DNA of 43,366 bases, taken from NCBI GenBank assembly GCA_039029975.1, contig JBCCFA010000001.1, positions 1-43,366 on the forward strand. Direction: 5' to 3'. Positions 8,230 to 18,735 of this stretch are shown here, piece after piece. The stretch's first letter is position 1; each line of letters starts with the position of its first letter. A model generated the notes under the pieces. The model had not been told where the DNA came from, did not search any database, and worked only from the letters and a program-made list of their open reading frames with translations. A program made the position numbers and the translations under genes. The stretch comes from Pseudomonadota bacterium. GTDB lineage: Bacteria > Pseudomonadota > Gammaproteobacteria > Ga0077536.

Positions 8230-10944
8230 ATGGTCGAATCTAAGCCAAATATGCGACTGGTGCTAGTTGATGGCTCGTCTTATCTTTTCCGGGCCTATCA
8301 CGCACTTCCCGCCCTAACAAACTCCAAAAACGCGCCGACAGGTGCCATACACGGCGTCGCCGCGATGCTCAAACGACTGGTTGACGATTATCAACCCGAG
8401 CGACTGGGTGTGATATTTGATCCGAAAGGAAAAACCATCCGAGATGAGTGGTATGGGGAATACAAAGCGAATCGACCGCCGATGCCGGACGATCTCCGCG
8501 AGCAAATCAAACCCTTGCATGAATTGATCGAAGCAATGGGTTTTCCTCTGGTGGTTGTGGATGGGTACGAAGCAGACGACATCATCGGCACACTAGCGCG
8601 ACAAGCCGCCGCCGACGGCATGGAAGTAGTGATTTCAACCGGCGATAAAGATATGGCGCAACTGGTTACCGACGAAATCAGCCTCATCAACACCATGGAC
8701 AATTCAGTACTCGATCGCGACGGCGTTAAATCTAAATTTGGTGTTACACCGGAACAGATCATTGATTATCTGACCCTAATTGGAGACAAAGTCGATAACG
8801 TGCCGGGAGTGCCAAAAGTTGGACCGAAAACCGCGGTCAAGTGGCTGGATGAATTCGAAACGCTCGATAACATTATTGCCCATGCGGCAGACATCAAAGG
8901 CAAGGTGGGGGAAAACCTTCGAGACGCCTTAGACGATTTACCGTTATCGAAAAAACTCGTCACCATTATCGATGACGTCAAAATGGATTTAGCGATTGAC
9001 GATTTAGAACTTAAGGAGCCGGCGCAGCAACGTTTAGTCGAGATTTACACGGAACTCGAATTTAAGAATTGGCTAAAGCAGCTACTTGATGCGAGCGACG
9101 ATATTCAGGCTGAGCCGGTCGCTAAAGACAATATGGAGGTGTCTTATGAAACTGTATTAGATAAGAAAGCCTTTCAAAGCTGGCTAAAACGTTTATCCGA
9201 CGCGCCACTTTTTGCTTTTGACACAGAGACCACCAGTATTGACTACATGGCAGCAGAACTCGTGGGTGTTTCGTTCGCGGTAGAAGCCGGCGAAGCTGCC
9301 TACGTACCAGTTGCCCATCAGTACGAAGGCGCCCCCGAGCAGCTATCGCGAGAGTATGTGTTGGAAGCGCTGGCTCCCTTATTGGAAAACCCAGAACAAG
9401 CAAAAATCGGACACCATTTAAAATACGACCGCAACGTGCTTTCGCACTATGACGTGGCGCTAAACGGCATTACGCACGACACGATGCTTGAATCCTATAT
9501 CCTCAATAGCGCGGGGTCTCGTCATGATTTGGATACCGTCGCGCTGAAGTACTTGGGCCATAACAATATCCACTTTGAAGACGTGGCGGGCAAGGGCGCG
9601 AAGCAGGTTACTTTTGATTATGTGGACCTAGAGCAAGCCACACCCTATGCCGCGGAAGATGCCGAAGTTTGTTTGCGCCTGCATGAGGTGTTTCAAGATC
9701 AGTTCAAAAACACACCTTCAGTAAGCGCGGTCTATACGGATATCGAAATTCCCTTGGTTAACGTGCTTTCGAGAATCGAATGTCACGGCGTTTTGATTGA
9801 TGCGGACATGCTCTTAGAACAAAGTCGCGAGTTGGAAAATCGTCTAAGTAAAATCGAATCCGAGGCGCATGAATTGGCCGGCGAAGTGTTCAATATCGGT
9901 TCGCCGAAACAGCTGCAAGCGATTTTGTTTGATAAACAAGGCTTACCCGTTATCAGTAAAACGCCAAAAGGCCAACCGTCCACCGCAGAATCGGTACTAC
10001 AAGAGCTTGCCCTAAATTACCCGTTACCAAAATTAATTTTGGAATATCGAAGTTTAAGTAAGTTGAAATCCACCTATGCCGATAAACTGCCCTTAGAAAT
10101 CTCCGCGCGCACAAACCGTATTCACACAAGCTATCATCAAGCTGTGGCGGCAACGGGGAGACTGTCGTCCTCTGACCCTAATTTACAAAATATTCCTATT
10201 CGAACCGAGGAAGGACGCAAAATTCGACAGGCTTTTATCGCCCCGCCAGGAAAAAGTTTAATTGCCGCCGATTATTCGCAAATCGAATTGAGAATCATGG
10301 CGCATTTATCTAGAGACGAGCGACTCCTTAGCGCATTCAACGAAGGTATCGACGTACACAGCGCGACGGCTGCAGAGATAATGGGCGTGGACATTGAAGA
10401 GGTAAGTAAAGAAGATCGACGGGCGGCGAAGGCGGTTAACTTTGGCCTAATCTACGGTATGTCGGCCTTTGGTTTAGCACGTCAACTCGGCATCGATCGG
10501 GGAGCCGCTCAGCAGTACGTCGATAAGTACTTCGAAAGATACCCTGGGGTTCGCCAATTCATGGACGACATTCGTGAAAACGCTCGTGAGCAAGGATTTG
10601 TTGAAACCGTTTTCGGCCGCCGCTTGTATTTACCGGACATCAATGCTCGTAACGCGCAACGGCGGCAATATGCGGAACGCACGGCGATTAACGCGCCCAT
10701 GCAAGGCACCGCTGCAGACATCATTAAGCGCGCAATGTTAGCTGTTGACGATTGGATTATGACGGATAGCCCTTCTGCGGCGCTGATAATGCAGGTCCAT
10801 GACGAGTTAGTTTTAGAAGCAGACGACGATGAAATTGCAGCGGTATCTGGGCAAGTCGCTGCGTTAATGACCGAGGCGGCAGACTTAAGTGTGCCCTTAA
10901 TTGTGGACGTTGGCGTCGGCAAAAACTGGGACGAAGCGCACTAA
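8230..10944 (+). CDS. polA: DNA polymerase I
   Basis: 5' nuclease region LVDGSSYLFRAYHA, 3'-5' exo region FAFDTETTS, and polymerase motifs DYSQIELRIMAH and QVHDELV are present. I prefer the ATG at 8230 (MVESKPNMRLVLVDG, spacing like E. coli). The ORF track's TTG at 8218 and the ATG at 8251 are alternatives. Confidence 0.93.
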   Translation: MVESKPNMRLVLVDGSSYLFRAYHALPALTNSKNAPTGAIHGVAAMLKRLVDDYQPERLGVIFDPKGKTIRDEWYGEYKANRPPMPDDLREQIKPLHELIEAMGFPLVVVDGYEADDIIGTLARQAAADGMEVVISTGDKDMAQLVTDEISLINTMDNSVLDRDGVKSKFGVTPEQIIDYLTLIGDKVDNVPGVPKVGPKTAVKWLDEFETLDNIIAHAADIKGKVGENLRDALDDLPLSKKLVTIIDDVKMDLAIDDLELKEPAQQRLVEIYTELEFKNWLKQLLDASDDIQAEPVAKDNMEVSYETVLDKKAFQSWLKRLSDAPLFAFDTETTSIDYMAAELVGVSFAVEAGEAAYVPVAHQYEGAPEQLSREYVLEALAPLLENPEQAKIGHHLKYDRNVLSHYDVALNGITHDTMLESYILNSAGSRHDLDTVALKYLGHNNIHFEDVAGKGAKQVTFDYVDLEQATPYAAEDAEVCLRLHEVFQDQFKNTPSVSAVYTDIEIPLVNVLSRIECHGVLIDADMLLEQSRELENRLSKIESEAHELAGEVFNIGSPKQLQAILFDKQGLPVISKTPKGQPSTAESVLQELALNYPLPKLILEYRSLSKLKSTYADKLPLEISARTNRIHTSYHQAVAATGRLSSSDPNLQNIPIRTEEGRKIRQAFIAPPGKSLIAADYSQIELRIMAHLSRDERLLSAFNEGIDVHSATAAEIMGVDIEEVSKEDRRAAKAVNFGLIYGMSAFGLARQLGIDRGAAQQYVDKYFERYPGVRQFMDDIRENAREQGFVETVFGRRLYLPDINARNAQRRQYAERTAINAPMQGTAADIIKRAMLAVDDWIMTDSPSAALIMQVHDELVLEADDDEIAAVSGQVAALMTEAADLSVPLIVDVGVGKNWDEAH

Positions 10945-11184
10945 AAGTTCTTTGGTCTCAAAGCGTTCCGCGGGTTTGTGTTGCTTTGCACTATTAATTT
11001 GCGCAGAAAGTGGTTGAATTTTATTGCCAAATTTTAGCCATCGACATGCGGGCCTGCGTGAAAAACGTCTCGCTAGCGATCTTGGGCTATGCTTGTGCTA
11101 GTATTTGGTCAACTAGTAACACAAAAAAGTAAAAAATTTAGCCCATAGCTCTCGTACGTAGCTGAACTGCCTGTACCTAGTGCA

Positions 11185-11943
11185 ATGTTACTGATCCACG
11201 CAATAGACCTGAAAGACGGTAAATGCGTCCGTCTTAAGCAGGGCAACATGGACGATGACACCGTCTACTCTGACGATCCAATCGCGGTCGCTAAACGTTG
11301 GATAGATGCCGGCGCCCGACGTCTGCACATTGTAGACTTGGACGGTGCGACCAAAGGCCAACCGGTCAACCATGATGTGATTCATCGGATCAGCGATGGG
11401 TTTCCCGATGTTCCCATTCAAGTTGGTGGTGGTATTCGCGACGAAGACGCGATTCAGGCGTACCTTGATGCTGGCGTGTCTTATGTGATTCTTGGTACCA
11501 AGGCAGTTACCGCGCCGCATTTTGTCTCAGACGTCTGTGTCGAATTTCCAGGCCACATCATCGTGGGGTTGGACGTGCGCGATGGTAAGGTGGCCATTGA
11601 GGGCTGGTCGAAACTCTCGCGTCACGATGCCGTTGATTTGGCACAACATTTTGAAGAAGATGGCGTTAACTCGATTGTTTTTACCGACATCAGCCGCGAC
11701 GGCATGATGGAAGGTCTAAATATAGACGCCACCGTCAAGTTCGCGCAGGAACTAACCATTCCCGTGATTGCATCAGGTGGCGTTACAAATTTAGATGACA
11801 TAAAACGCTTATGTGAAGTCCAAGATGAAGGCGTAATGGGTGCGATAACTGGACGCGCCATTTACGAAGGAACGCTCGATCTCGCCGAAGCGCAACGACT
11901 TGCGGACGAGCTAGCCGGTACTGATTCAAACTCCTACTCTTAA
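11185..11943 (+). CDS. hisA: ProFAR isomerase HisA
   Basis: 252 aa with motifs [20 protein letters not shown] and ASGGV. Directly precedes hisF. Confidence 0.9.
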   Translation: MLLIHAIDLKDGKCVRLKQGNMDDDTVYSDDPIAVAKRWIDAGARRLHIVDLDGATKGQPVNHDVIHRISDGFPDVPIQVGGGIRDEDAIQAYLDAGVSYVILGTKAVTAPHFVSDVCVEFPGHIIVGLDVRDGKVAIEGWSKLSRHDAVDLAQHFEEDGVNSIVFTDISRDGMMEGLNIDATVKFAQELTIPVIASGGVTNLDDIKRLCEVQDEGVMGAITGRAIYEGTLDLAEAQRLADELAGTDSNSYS

Positions 11944-11960
11944 CTCACCAGTCTAAATCG

Positions 11961-12725
11961 ATGGGATTAGCCAAACGCATTATCCCTTGCCTAGATGTTG
12001 ATGCCGGGCGAGTGGTAAAAGGTGTTCAATTCGTTGAAATCAAAGACGCTGGGGATCCTGTGGAGGTGGCGCGTCGTTATAACGAACACGGCGCCGATGA
12101 AATCACTTTTTTAGATATCACCGCTAGTAGCGACGCGCGGCGAACAATGGTTGACGTTGTTGAAGCAGTTGCCAGTGAAGTGTTCATTCCGCTCACGGTT
12201 GGCGGCGGTATTCGTAGTCTTGAAGACATTAATACGATGCTGCGGGCCGGCGCAGACAAAGTGTCTATCAACACGGCCGCCGTGCAAAACCCAAGCATCG
12301 TAGCGGAAGCGTCGAAAAAATTTGGTTCTCAATGCATTGTTGTCGCGATCGACGCGCGGAAAAATCAGCAAGGCCCAGGGTGGGAGATCTACACCCATGG
12401 GGGAAGAAAACCCACGGGAATTGACGTGGTGGCTTGGTCTAAAAAGATGCAAGACTTCGGCGCGGGGGAAATATTGCTGACTAGCATGGACAGAGACGGC
12501 ACGCGTGACGGGTTCGATTTGCCGCTCACTCGCGCGGTAGCCGACGCAGTAGGTATTCCGGTCATTGCCTCCGGCGGGGTTGGTAAACTCGATCATCTTA
12601 TCGATGGCGTGTTTGAGGGGCATGCAGACGCGGTTCTAGCTGCGAGTATTTTTCATTTTGGCGAACATACTATTGGTGAAGCGAAACGCCATATGCGTGA
12701 GGCCGGTATCGAGGTGAGGCTATGA
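11961..12725 (+). CDS. hisF: Imidazole glycerol phosphate synthase cyclase subunit HisF
   Basis: 254 aa with motifs [27 protein letters not shown] and ASGG. Confidence 0.95.
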   Translation: MGLAKRIIPCLDVDAGRVVKGVQFVEIKDAGDPVEVARRYNEHGADEITFLDITASSDARRTMVDVVEAVASEVFIPLTVGGGIRSLEDINTMLRAGADKVSINTAAVQNPSIVAEASKKFGSQCIVVAIDARKNQQGPGWEIYTHGGRKPTGIDVVAWSKKMQDFGAGEILLTSMDRDGTRDGFDLPLTRAVADAVGIPVIASGGVGKLDHLIDGVFEGHADAVLAASIFHFGEHTIGEAKRHMREAGIEVRL

Positions 12726-13102
12726 GCTGGCTAGATGAGGTCGCTTGGAATGAGGACGGGCTAGTGCCCGCCATCGCCTATGAAAACAATACTCAACAGG
12801 TGCTAACGCTTGCATGGATGAATAGGGAAGCCTTAACGGCAACCGCCGCCGAAGGGCGCGCCGTTTACTGGTCCCGTTCTCGGAACAAACTCTGGCGCAA
12901 AGGTGAACAATCTGGGCATGAGCAAAAACTGATAGAAATTCGCATAGACTGCGACTCTGACGCCGTACTATTGTTCGTCGAGCAAATTGGTGGGATTGCG
13001 TGCCACACTGGGCGCGCGAGTTGCTTTTACAAAAAGCTAGTTGACGACCAATGGGTAGAAGCGGAACAAGTGCTTAAAGATCCCGCGGAAATTTATTCCT
13101 AA
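12722..13102 (+). CDS. hisI: Phosphoribosyl-AMP cyclohydrolase HisI (monofunctional)
   Basis: 126 aa with motifs [26 protein letters not shown] and CHTG. ATGA overlap with hisF. Confidence 0.9.
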   Translation: MSWLDEVAWNEDGLVPAIAYENNTQQVLTLAWMNREALTATAAEGRAVYWSRSRNKLWRKGEQSGHEQKLIEIRIDCDSDAVLLFVEQIGGIACHTGRASCFYKKLVDDQWVEAEQVLKDPAEIYS

Positions 13103-13161
13103 TCAGCCGGCCGCGGCTGGCCAATAGTTTGTCCAAACCGTGTAATAGATGAGACCACGCC

Positions 13162-13485
13162 ATGACCCCCGATGACATCCTCAATGAACTTTATGCAGTG
13201 TTACAGGAACGGAAAACTGCCCCCGTGGATAAGTCCTATGTGGCGAGTCTTTACGCCGGCGGCATGAGGAAAATTGCAAAAAAGCTGGGCGAAGAGGCAA
13301 CTGAAGTAGTGATTGCGGGTCTAAATGGTGATGAAACCGAAATTATCAATGAAATGAGTGACTTATGGTTCCATAGTTTGGTATTAATGGCCGCCCAAGA
13401 TATCCCGCCGGAAAAGGTACTGGTAGAATTATCGCGCAGGTTTGGCCGTTCCGGTATCGAAGAGAAGGCCTCGCGCGGTACCTAA
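13162..13485 (+). CDS. hisE: Phosphoribosyl-ATP pyrophosphatase HisE
   Basis: 107 aa with motifs SYVASLYAGG, KLGEEATEV and EMSDLWFHSLVLM. Confidence 0.9.
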   Translation: MTPDDILNELYAVLQERKTAPVDKSYVASLYAGGMRKIAKKLGEEATEVVIAGLNGDETEIINEMSDLWFHSLVLMAAQDIPPEKVLVELSRRFGRSGIEEKASRGT

Positions 13486-13575
13486 TCATTCAAATTAGAG
13501 GTTTAGCGCCGTTCTCGAGCAGGTTTTTTGCGGACAAACCGTGATGCCCATAAGAGGTGAATTGGAGACAAACTA

Positions 13576-13800
13576 ATGTCATTTGGTATTAAAGAATTAA
13601 TTGTTATTTTGGTCATTGTAATGTTGGTATTCGGGACCAAAAAAATTCGCGGCGTAGGTTCGGACGTCGGCGGTTGGATACGCGACTTTAAGAAAGCGTT
13701 GAAAGAAGGCGAAGACGAAGTGAGCCAAGAGGCCACCGCTGATGCCGGCCGGGTGATTGATGCCGAGGCGTCATCTGTTGCTGATAAAGAAAAAGTGTAA
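13576..13800 (+). CDS. tatA: Twin-arginine translocase subunit TatA
   Basis: 74 aa with motif ELIVILVIVMLVFGTKK. GGAG lies upstream of the ATG. Confidence 0.9.
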   Translation: MSFGIKELIVILVIVMLVFGTKKIRGVGSDVGGWIRDFKKALKEGEDEVSQEATADAGRVIDAEASSVADKEKV

Positions 13801-13821
13801 GTAAGATTTAGGCACCAATAC

Positions 13822-14235
13822 ATGTTCGACGTCGGCTTTTGGGAAGTTTCTTTGATTGCCATTGTGGCTTTGGTGGTGGTTGGACCCGAAAGACTTCCGT
13901 CGCTAGTCAATGAGGCTGGTAAGTGGGCAGGCCGCGCGCGCGCAACGGCGCGTGATTTAAAATATGACTTGCAGCACCAAGCGGAAATTGATGAACTCGC
14001 CAAACTGGGTCAAGACATCAAAGAATCCGCCGACGACGTTAACCCAGCCAACATGCGGACTAACTTACGCGACATGCTAGCTGACCTTGAGTCTCGTTCG
14101 GAACCGCTTGACGACGACGAGGAAGACGAAATCTATAATCGCGCCGTCAGCCAGGATGATACCGTTGACACTGCCGATGCAGAACTTGACCGCGAGACTA
14201 CTACGCAAGAGTCAGACCTCGATCGTAGCGCTTAG
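13822..14235 (+). CDS. tatB: Twin-arginine translocase subunit TatB
   Basis: 137 aa starting MFDVGFWEVSLIAIVALVVVGPERLP, with an acidic C-terminus. Confidence 0.85.
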   Translation: MFDVGFWEVSLIAIVALVVVGPERLPSLVNEAGKWAGRARATARDLKYDLQHQAEIDELAKLGQDIKESADDVNPANMRTNLRDMLADLESRSEPLDDDEEDEIYNRAVSQDDTVDTADAELDRETTTQESDLDRSA

Positions 14236-14282
14236 AAGCGCTGGCGATTCCTTCCAAAAGATAAAACGCTGATCATTTCAAT

Positions 14283-15113
14283 ATGGTATCCGATGCCCCG
14301 AATGACGAAGCGCCCAAGCAATTAAGCGCGGAAGACAATGACGGTCTAGATCATTCCGAGCAAAGCTTCGTTTCACACCTAAAAGAACTGCGTAGCCGGA
14401 TTATGGCGGCGTTACTGTGTGTATTGGTCATTGTATTGGCATTGATGCCGTTCGCTAACACCTTATATTTATGGCTGGCTGATCCGTTGCTAGTTCACAT
14501 GTCTGAAACAGGCGCGACGATGATTGCGACGGAAGTTGCTTCTCCATTTCTTGCGCCCTTTAAGTTGACGGTATTCGTCGCGGTATTTATTTCCGCGCCA
14601 TACATTTTTTACCAAATGTGGGCGTTTGTTGCTCCAGGTCTATATCGCAACGAACGGGAGTTGGCGTTACCGGTTCTGATTTCAAGCACCCTGCTTTTTT
14701 ACGCGGGAATCGCTTTCGCGTATTTCGTGGTGTTCCCGCTAATGTTCGGCTTTTTCACGACGATTGCACCAAAAGGTGTAACGGTAATGACAGACATCAG
14801 TCGGTATTTGGACTTCGTGCTGAAACTATTCTTTGCCTTTGGTGCTGCCTTTGAAGTACCGGTTGCGACCTACCTAGCCGTTCGCACCGGCGCGACAACC
14901 GTAGAGTCACTGGCAGCAAAACGACCTTTTATTATTGTGGGTGCGTTCGTGGTAGGCATGTTGCTCACACCGCCAGATGTGATTTCGCAAATATTGCTCG
15001 CGTTGCCGGTCTGGTTGTTATTCGAAATAGGGTTGTTCCTCTGTCGTTTTACTAACGCTCAGGAAGACGACGAAAACTCAGCGCCAACTATGCCGAGTTC
15101 GAATAAAGGATAA
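14283..15113 (+). CDS. tatC: Twin-arginine translocase subunit TatC
   Basis: 276 aa. HLKELRSRI precedes six predicted TM segments, and the motif LLTPPDVISQ is present. Confidence 0.9.
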   Translation: MVSDAPNDEAPKQLSAEDNDGLDHSEQSFVSHLKELRSRIMAALLCVLVIVLALMPFANTLYLWLADPLLVHMSETGATMIATEVASPFLAPFKLTVFVAVFISAPYIFYQMWAFVAPGLYRNERELALPVLISSTLLFYAGIAFAYFVVFPLMFGFFTTIAPKGVTVMTDISRYLDFVLKLFFAFGAAFEVPVATYLAVRTGATTVESLAAKRPFIIVGAFVVGMLLTPPDVISQILLALPVWLLFEIGLFLCRFTNAQEDDENSAPTMPSSNKG

Positions 15114-15140
15114 CTACGAAAGAGGCGGTCGTTTCCCAGG

Positions 15141-15353
15141 CTATTTTTGCACGAGCCAAACGATAATTGAGACGACCGCGCTAATAATCAGACAAGAAAC
15201 AATTGGAAAGTAAAACTTCGAACGTTCACCCTCCACGGCAATATCGCCAGGTAGTCGCCCAAGACCAGTTTTTCCAAACAGGTTACTCAGTATCGGCCAG
15301 AATACGCCGATTAGAATTAATACTATTCCTAAAATAATGAGAATTCGCGCCAT
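15141..15353 (-). CDS. DUF2905-family small membrane protein
   Basis: 70 aa with two TM helices flanking the LGRLPGDI motif. Confidence 0.65.
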   Translation of the reverse strand: MARILIILGIVLILIGVFWPILSNLFGKTGLGRLPGDIAVEGERSKFYFPIVSCLIISAVVSIIVWLVQK

Positions 15354-15372
15354 GGATTGAGCTCGGAAAAAA

Positions 15373-16029
15373 TTAATCGATCACCTCTATGCCGCCCGAT
15401 CCACCGATCAACAGCACGTCTGCGCCACGTGCGGCAAATAAACCATTCGTCACAACGCCAGTGAGTTGATTTAATTGTGTTTCCAATTTCACCGGCTCCG
15501 TTATCCGCAGCCCCGAAACGTCAACAATATCGTTGCCATTATCGGTCACGAAGTCATGTCTATATTCTGGGGCCCCGCCCATCACAACAAGCTGACGAGA
15601 AACATAACTTCTCGCCATCGGTATCACTTCAATCGGTAGAGGGAATGCGCCCAGTCTATCCACGAGTTTCGAATCATCTGCAATACAAATGAATTTTTTG
15701 CTCGCGGCGGCAACGATTTTCTCCCGTGTGAGTGCGCCGCCGCCGCCTTTAATTAGATGCCGATGGTGGGTGGCCTCGTCGGCGCCATCGATATAAAGCG
15801 CCAAATCGCCTGCCGCATTCAATTCTAGAACAGGAATGCCGTGCGACTTGAGGCGTTCGCTACTGGCAACCGAACTTGCAACTGCCCCGTCAATTTTATG
15901 TTTCATCTCTGCCAGCATATCGATAAAGTAATTGGCGGTAGAGCCCGTGCCGATGCCGATTATCGTGTCGTGTTCGACGTACTCTAAGGCCGCTTTAGCG
16001 ACCGCCCGTTTCTTATCGTCTTGATTCAT
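15373..16029 (-). CDS. rpiA: Ribose-5-phosphate isomerase A
   Basis: 218 aa with motifs [13 protein letters not shown] and [11 protein letters not shown]. Confidence 0.9.
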   Translation of the reverse strand: MNQDDKKRAVAKAALEYVEHDTIIGIGTGSTANYFIDMLAEMKHKIDGAVASSVASSERLKSHGIPVLELNAAGDLALYIDGADEATHHRHLIKGGGGALTREKIVAAASKKFICIADDSKLVDRLGAFPLPIEVIPMARSYVSRQLVVMGGAPEYRHDFVTDNGNDIVDVSGLRITEPVKLETQLNQLTGVVTNGLFAARGADVLLIGGSGGIEVID

Positions 16030-16093
16030 GCGTTTAATGGTCCATAGTTGATATTTCGATCCCCGACCGACCGGTAAATGGTATCTTATATTG

Positions 16094-17608
16094 ATGCAAA
16101 ATGATTATCTAAAAATGGTGTTGACGGCGCCCGTCTATGACGTCGCGAGGGAGACACCGCTGGACATCATGGAATCGATATCTCAACGACTAAATAATTT
16201 TGTGTCGTTGAAGCGCGAAGACATGCAACCAGTCTTTTCCTATAAGTTGCGAGGCGCTTATACGCTAATGGCGAGTTTGGGCGCGGCAGATAGGTCGCGT
16301 GGTGTCATTACCGCATCAGCTGGGAATCACGCCCAGGGCGTCGCAGTTGCTGCGCAAAAGTTGGGTATTCAAGCGCTAATCGTCATGCCGAAAACGACAC
16401 CCGAAATTAAAATAAACTCGGTTAGGCAGCGTCACGCCGAGATTATTTTGCACGGTAACACCTATGATGATGCCAGCGACCACGCGCATTCCGTCGCGGC
16501 GGAAAGAGGATTAACTTATATTCCGCCTTACGATCACCCGCTTGTGATAGCGGGACAAGGTACGGTTGGGATGGAAATTATGCGTCAACACCATGGTGAT
16601 GTGGACGCGATTTTTGTACCCGTTGGCGGTGGTGGTCTAATTGCAGGAGTTGCCGCCTATGTAAAAGCTATCTCCCCGCAAACGAGAATAATTGGTGTGG
16701 AGGCCGATGAATCGGCTTGTTTGAAAGCCGCCCTAGAGGCAGGCGAAAGGGTCATTCTTGATCAAGTCGGGATTTTCGCGGACGGCACGGCGGTGCGCCA
16801 AATCGGAGAAGAGCCTTTCAAGGTAGCAAAAACCTATGTAGATGAAGTTTTAGCCGTTTCCATTGATGAAATTTGTGCGGGCGTGAAAGATATCTTCGAA
16901 GACACTCGTTCAATTGCCGAACCGTCGGGTGCGTTAGCAGTCGCCGGTATTAAGCAATGGGTAAAACGGGAGAACGTGACAGACAAGCATTTAGTCGCGA
17001 TATTTAGCGGGGCGAATGTCAATTTTGACCGCTTACGCCACATTGCGGAGCTTGCCGAACTCGGCGAGGCCCGCGAGGCCTTGATCGCGGCAACGATTCC
17101 AGAGCAGCCGGGTAGTTTTCGCAAATTCTGTCACGCGCTAGGTCCGCGCGCGATAACCGAGTTTAATTATCGTTACGCAGATACCCACCAAGCTGTCGTT
17201 TTTGCAGGCGTTCGTTTCAAAAGCGGCACCGATGAGCGCAATAAACTCTTGCATGGACTGCACGAAAAAGGTTTCGAGGTGCAGGATATTAGCGATAATC
17301 AGCTCGCCAAAGATCATATTCGTTATATGGTTGGTGGCCACGGGCGCGGAATCACGGATGAGCGAATATTGCGGGTCGAATTTCCCGAACGTCCCGGTGC
17401 TCTGTTACATTTTCTGAACCAAATCCAAGATCGATGGAACATTTCTTTATTCCATTATCGAAACCACGGTGCCGCATACGGCAAAGTTTTGATCGGTATT
17501 CAAGTGCCTCCCGAGCAAGATCGGGAGTTTCAAGAATTCCTCGCCGAGCTAGAGATGGCGCACACAGAGGAAGTAAACAACCCCGCTTATCGGCTGTTTC
17601 TAAGGTAA
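16094..17608 (+). CDS. ilvA: Biosynthetic threonine dehydratase (two C-terminal ACT-like regulatory domains)
   Basis: About 504 aa. PLP-Lys region is FSYKLRGAY, with SAGNHAQG and GGGGL also present. The ATG at 16094 is preferred over the adjacent TTG at 16091. Divergent from rpiA, as in pseudomonads. Confidence 0.9.
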   Translation: MQNDYLKMVLTAPVYDVARETPLDIMESISQRLNNFVSLKREDMQPVFSYKLRGAYTLMASLGAADRSRGVITASAGNHAQGVAVAAQKLGIQALIVMPKTTPEIKINSVRQRHAEIILHGNTYDDASDHAHSVAAERGLTYIPPYDHPLVIAGQGTVGMEIMRQHHGDVDAIFVPVGGGGLIAGVAAYVKAISPQTRIIGVEADESACLKAALEAGERVILDQVGIFADGTAVRQIGEEPFKVAKTYVDEVLAVSIDEICAGVKDIFEDTRSIAEPSGALAVAGIKQWVKRENVTDKHLVAIFSGANVNFDRLRHIAELAELGEAREALIAATIPEQPGSFRKFCHALGPRAITEFNYRYADTHQAVVFAGVRFKSGTDERNKLLHGLHEKGFEVQDISDNQLAKDHIRYMVGGHGRGITDERILRVEFPERPGALLHFLNQIQDRWNISLFHYRNHGAAYGKVLIGIQVPPEQDREFQEFLAELEMAHTEEVNNPAYRLFLR

Positions 17609-17616
17609 AGAGTCAC

Positions 17617-18279
17617 GTGGCTGCGTATCACGACCATGCACTGTCCCTTGTCGAGTGCATGAAGAGTTTAACCGAGCTCGGCTTGAACACGGGCCGGGCT
17701 GGGAATGCGAGTGTCCGAATTGGGGATGATCAATATCTAATCACCCCAAGTGGAGTTCATCCCCGTGATTTGCGCGCCACGCAGATGGTGACCCTGGATC
17801 TAAATCAGGCACCGCATTTGTCACCAAATAATCTGACAGAGAATCCTTCTAGCGAATGGCGTATGCATCACGATATCTACTTGGCTTACAGTGAAGTTCG
17901 CGCCGTTATTCATACTCATTCGAGCGCCGCGACGGCGTTAGCCTGTCTTGGTGAACGAATCCCCGCGTTCCACTATATGGTAGCGGTGGCAGGTGGTGAT
18001 TCCATCGAGTGTGCCCCGTATGCAACCTTTGGTAGCGAGGCCTTATCACAGAATGCCGTGAAAGCTTTGCACGGTAGAAGCGCGTGTTTGCTCGCCAACC
18101 ATGGTCTCATTACCACAGGACAGACTGTTTTAGAGGCTGTGGATCTCGCTCAAGAAGTAGAACAGCTCTCATTTCAATATTTAATGTGTCTTAGTTCGGG
18201 TAAGCCGACTATTCTAAATACTGAACAAATGTCATTGGTTATCGAAAAATTCAAAAATTATGGCAAAAGAACAGGCTAG
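17617..18279 (+). CDS. Class II aldolase/adducin-family protein (FucA/MtnB-like)
   Basis: Motifs are GNASVR, PSGV, VIHTHSSAATALA and ANHGLIT. The track ORF from 17434 overlaps ilvA out of frame, so I place the start at the GTG at 17617 (after AAGG..AAAGAG). The ATG at 17659 is an alternative. Confidence 0.7.
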   Translation: MAAYHDHALSLVECMKSLTELGLNTGRAGNASVRIGDDQYLITPSGVHPRDLRATQMVTLDLNQAPHLSPNNLTENPSSEWRMHHDIYLAYSEVRAVIHTHSSAATALACLGERIPAFHYMVAVAGGDSIECAPYATFGSEALSQNAVKALHGRSACLLANHGLITTGQTVLEAVDLAQEVEQLSFQYLMCLSSGKPTILNTEQMSLVIEKFKNYGKRTG

Positions 18280-18718
18280 TATCGGTCCGCTAGAAGAATT
18301 CGAGAGTCGGCCGTCATTTCACTTGGCGTTTCCGGTAACCGATTTGGAAGCCGCTCGCAATTTTTATGTTGACGTACTTGGTTGCAGGGAAGGTCGTCAT
18401 GATAAACGATGGGCGGATTTTAATTTCTTTGGCTTTCAGATAACCGCCCATTTGGTGCCAGAATCAACATTAGTCGGCGCCAACGTTGTTGATGAACATG
18501 ACATTCCAATTCCTCATTTTGGTTTGGTGATGAGTTGGGAAGATTGGCACAGGGCGGTTGATCACCTTAGCTATATAGGCGTCGCCTTTAAAGTTGAACC
18601 GCATGTCCGGTTCAAGGGTAAAACCGGCGAGCAGGCAACGTTTTTCGTGTCAGATCCAAGCGGTAACTGCTTAGAATTTAAAGCATTCAAAAACCCAGGC
18701 GATGTATTTGCGCATTAG
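18260..18718 (+). CDS. VOC (glyoxalase/bleomycin-resistance/dioxygenase fold) family protein
   Basis: 152 aa. FHLAFPVTDLEAARNFYVDVLG is a typical VOC first beta-alpha-beta-beta-beta module. C-terminal motif is FFVSDPSGNCLEF. Overlaps the aldolase gene by 20 nt. Confidence 0.6.
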   Translation: MAKEQASIGPLEEFESRPSFHLAFPVTDLEAARNFYVDVLGCREGRHDKRWADFNFFGFQITAHLVPESTLVGANVVDEHDIPIPHFGLVMSWEDWHRAVDHLSYIGVAFKVEPHVRFKGKTGEQATFFVSDPSGNCLEFKAFKNPGDVFAH

Positions 18719-18735
18719 AGAAATCACAATGACGC

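Noticed and set aside
10945-11184. Spot 42 (spf) sRNA downstream of polA
   Set aside because: I found no sequence resembling the E. coli Spot 42 RNA as I remember it, and no GC-rich stem plus U-tract terminator in the spacer.
11639-11654. Sigma-54-like promoter element TGGCAC-N5-TTTGA
   Set aside because: It lies inside the hisA coding sequence, the -12 element deviates from TTGC, and no gene starts downstream. It is probably a chance match.
13503-14003. 166-aa minus-strand ORF antisense to tatA/tatB
   Set aside because: It lies fully antisense to two confidently identified genes, and its composition is low-complexity Ser/Thr/Ala typical of antisense frames. The same reasoning applies to the antisense ORFs at 12111-12623, 10509-10922, 8391-8762, 4573-4932, 34227-34631, 39382-39726 and 6312-6656.
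17434-17616. N-terminal 61 codons of the track ORF 17434..18279, overlapping the 3' end of ilvA
   Set aside because: This part is Arg/Ser-rich with no family similarity and runs out of frame through ilvA. Aldolase-family similarity begins only after the GTG at 17617 or the ATG at 17659, so I treat it as an upstream read-through of the ORF finder.
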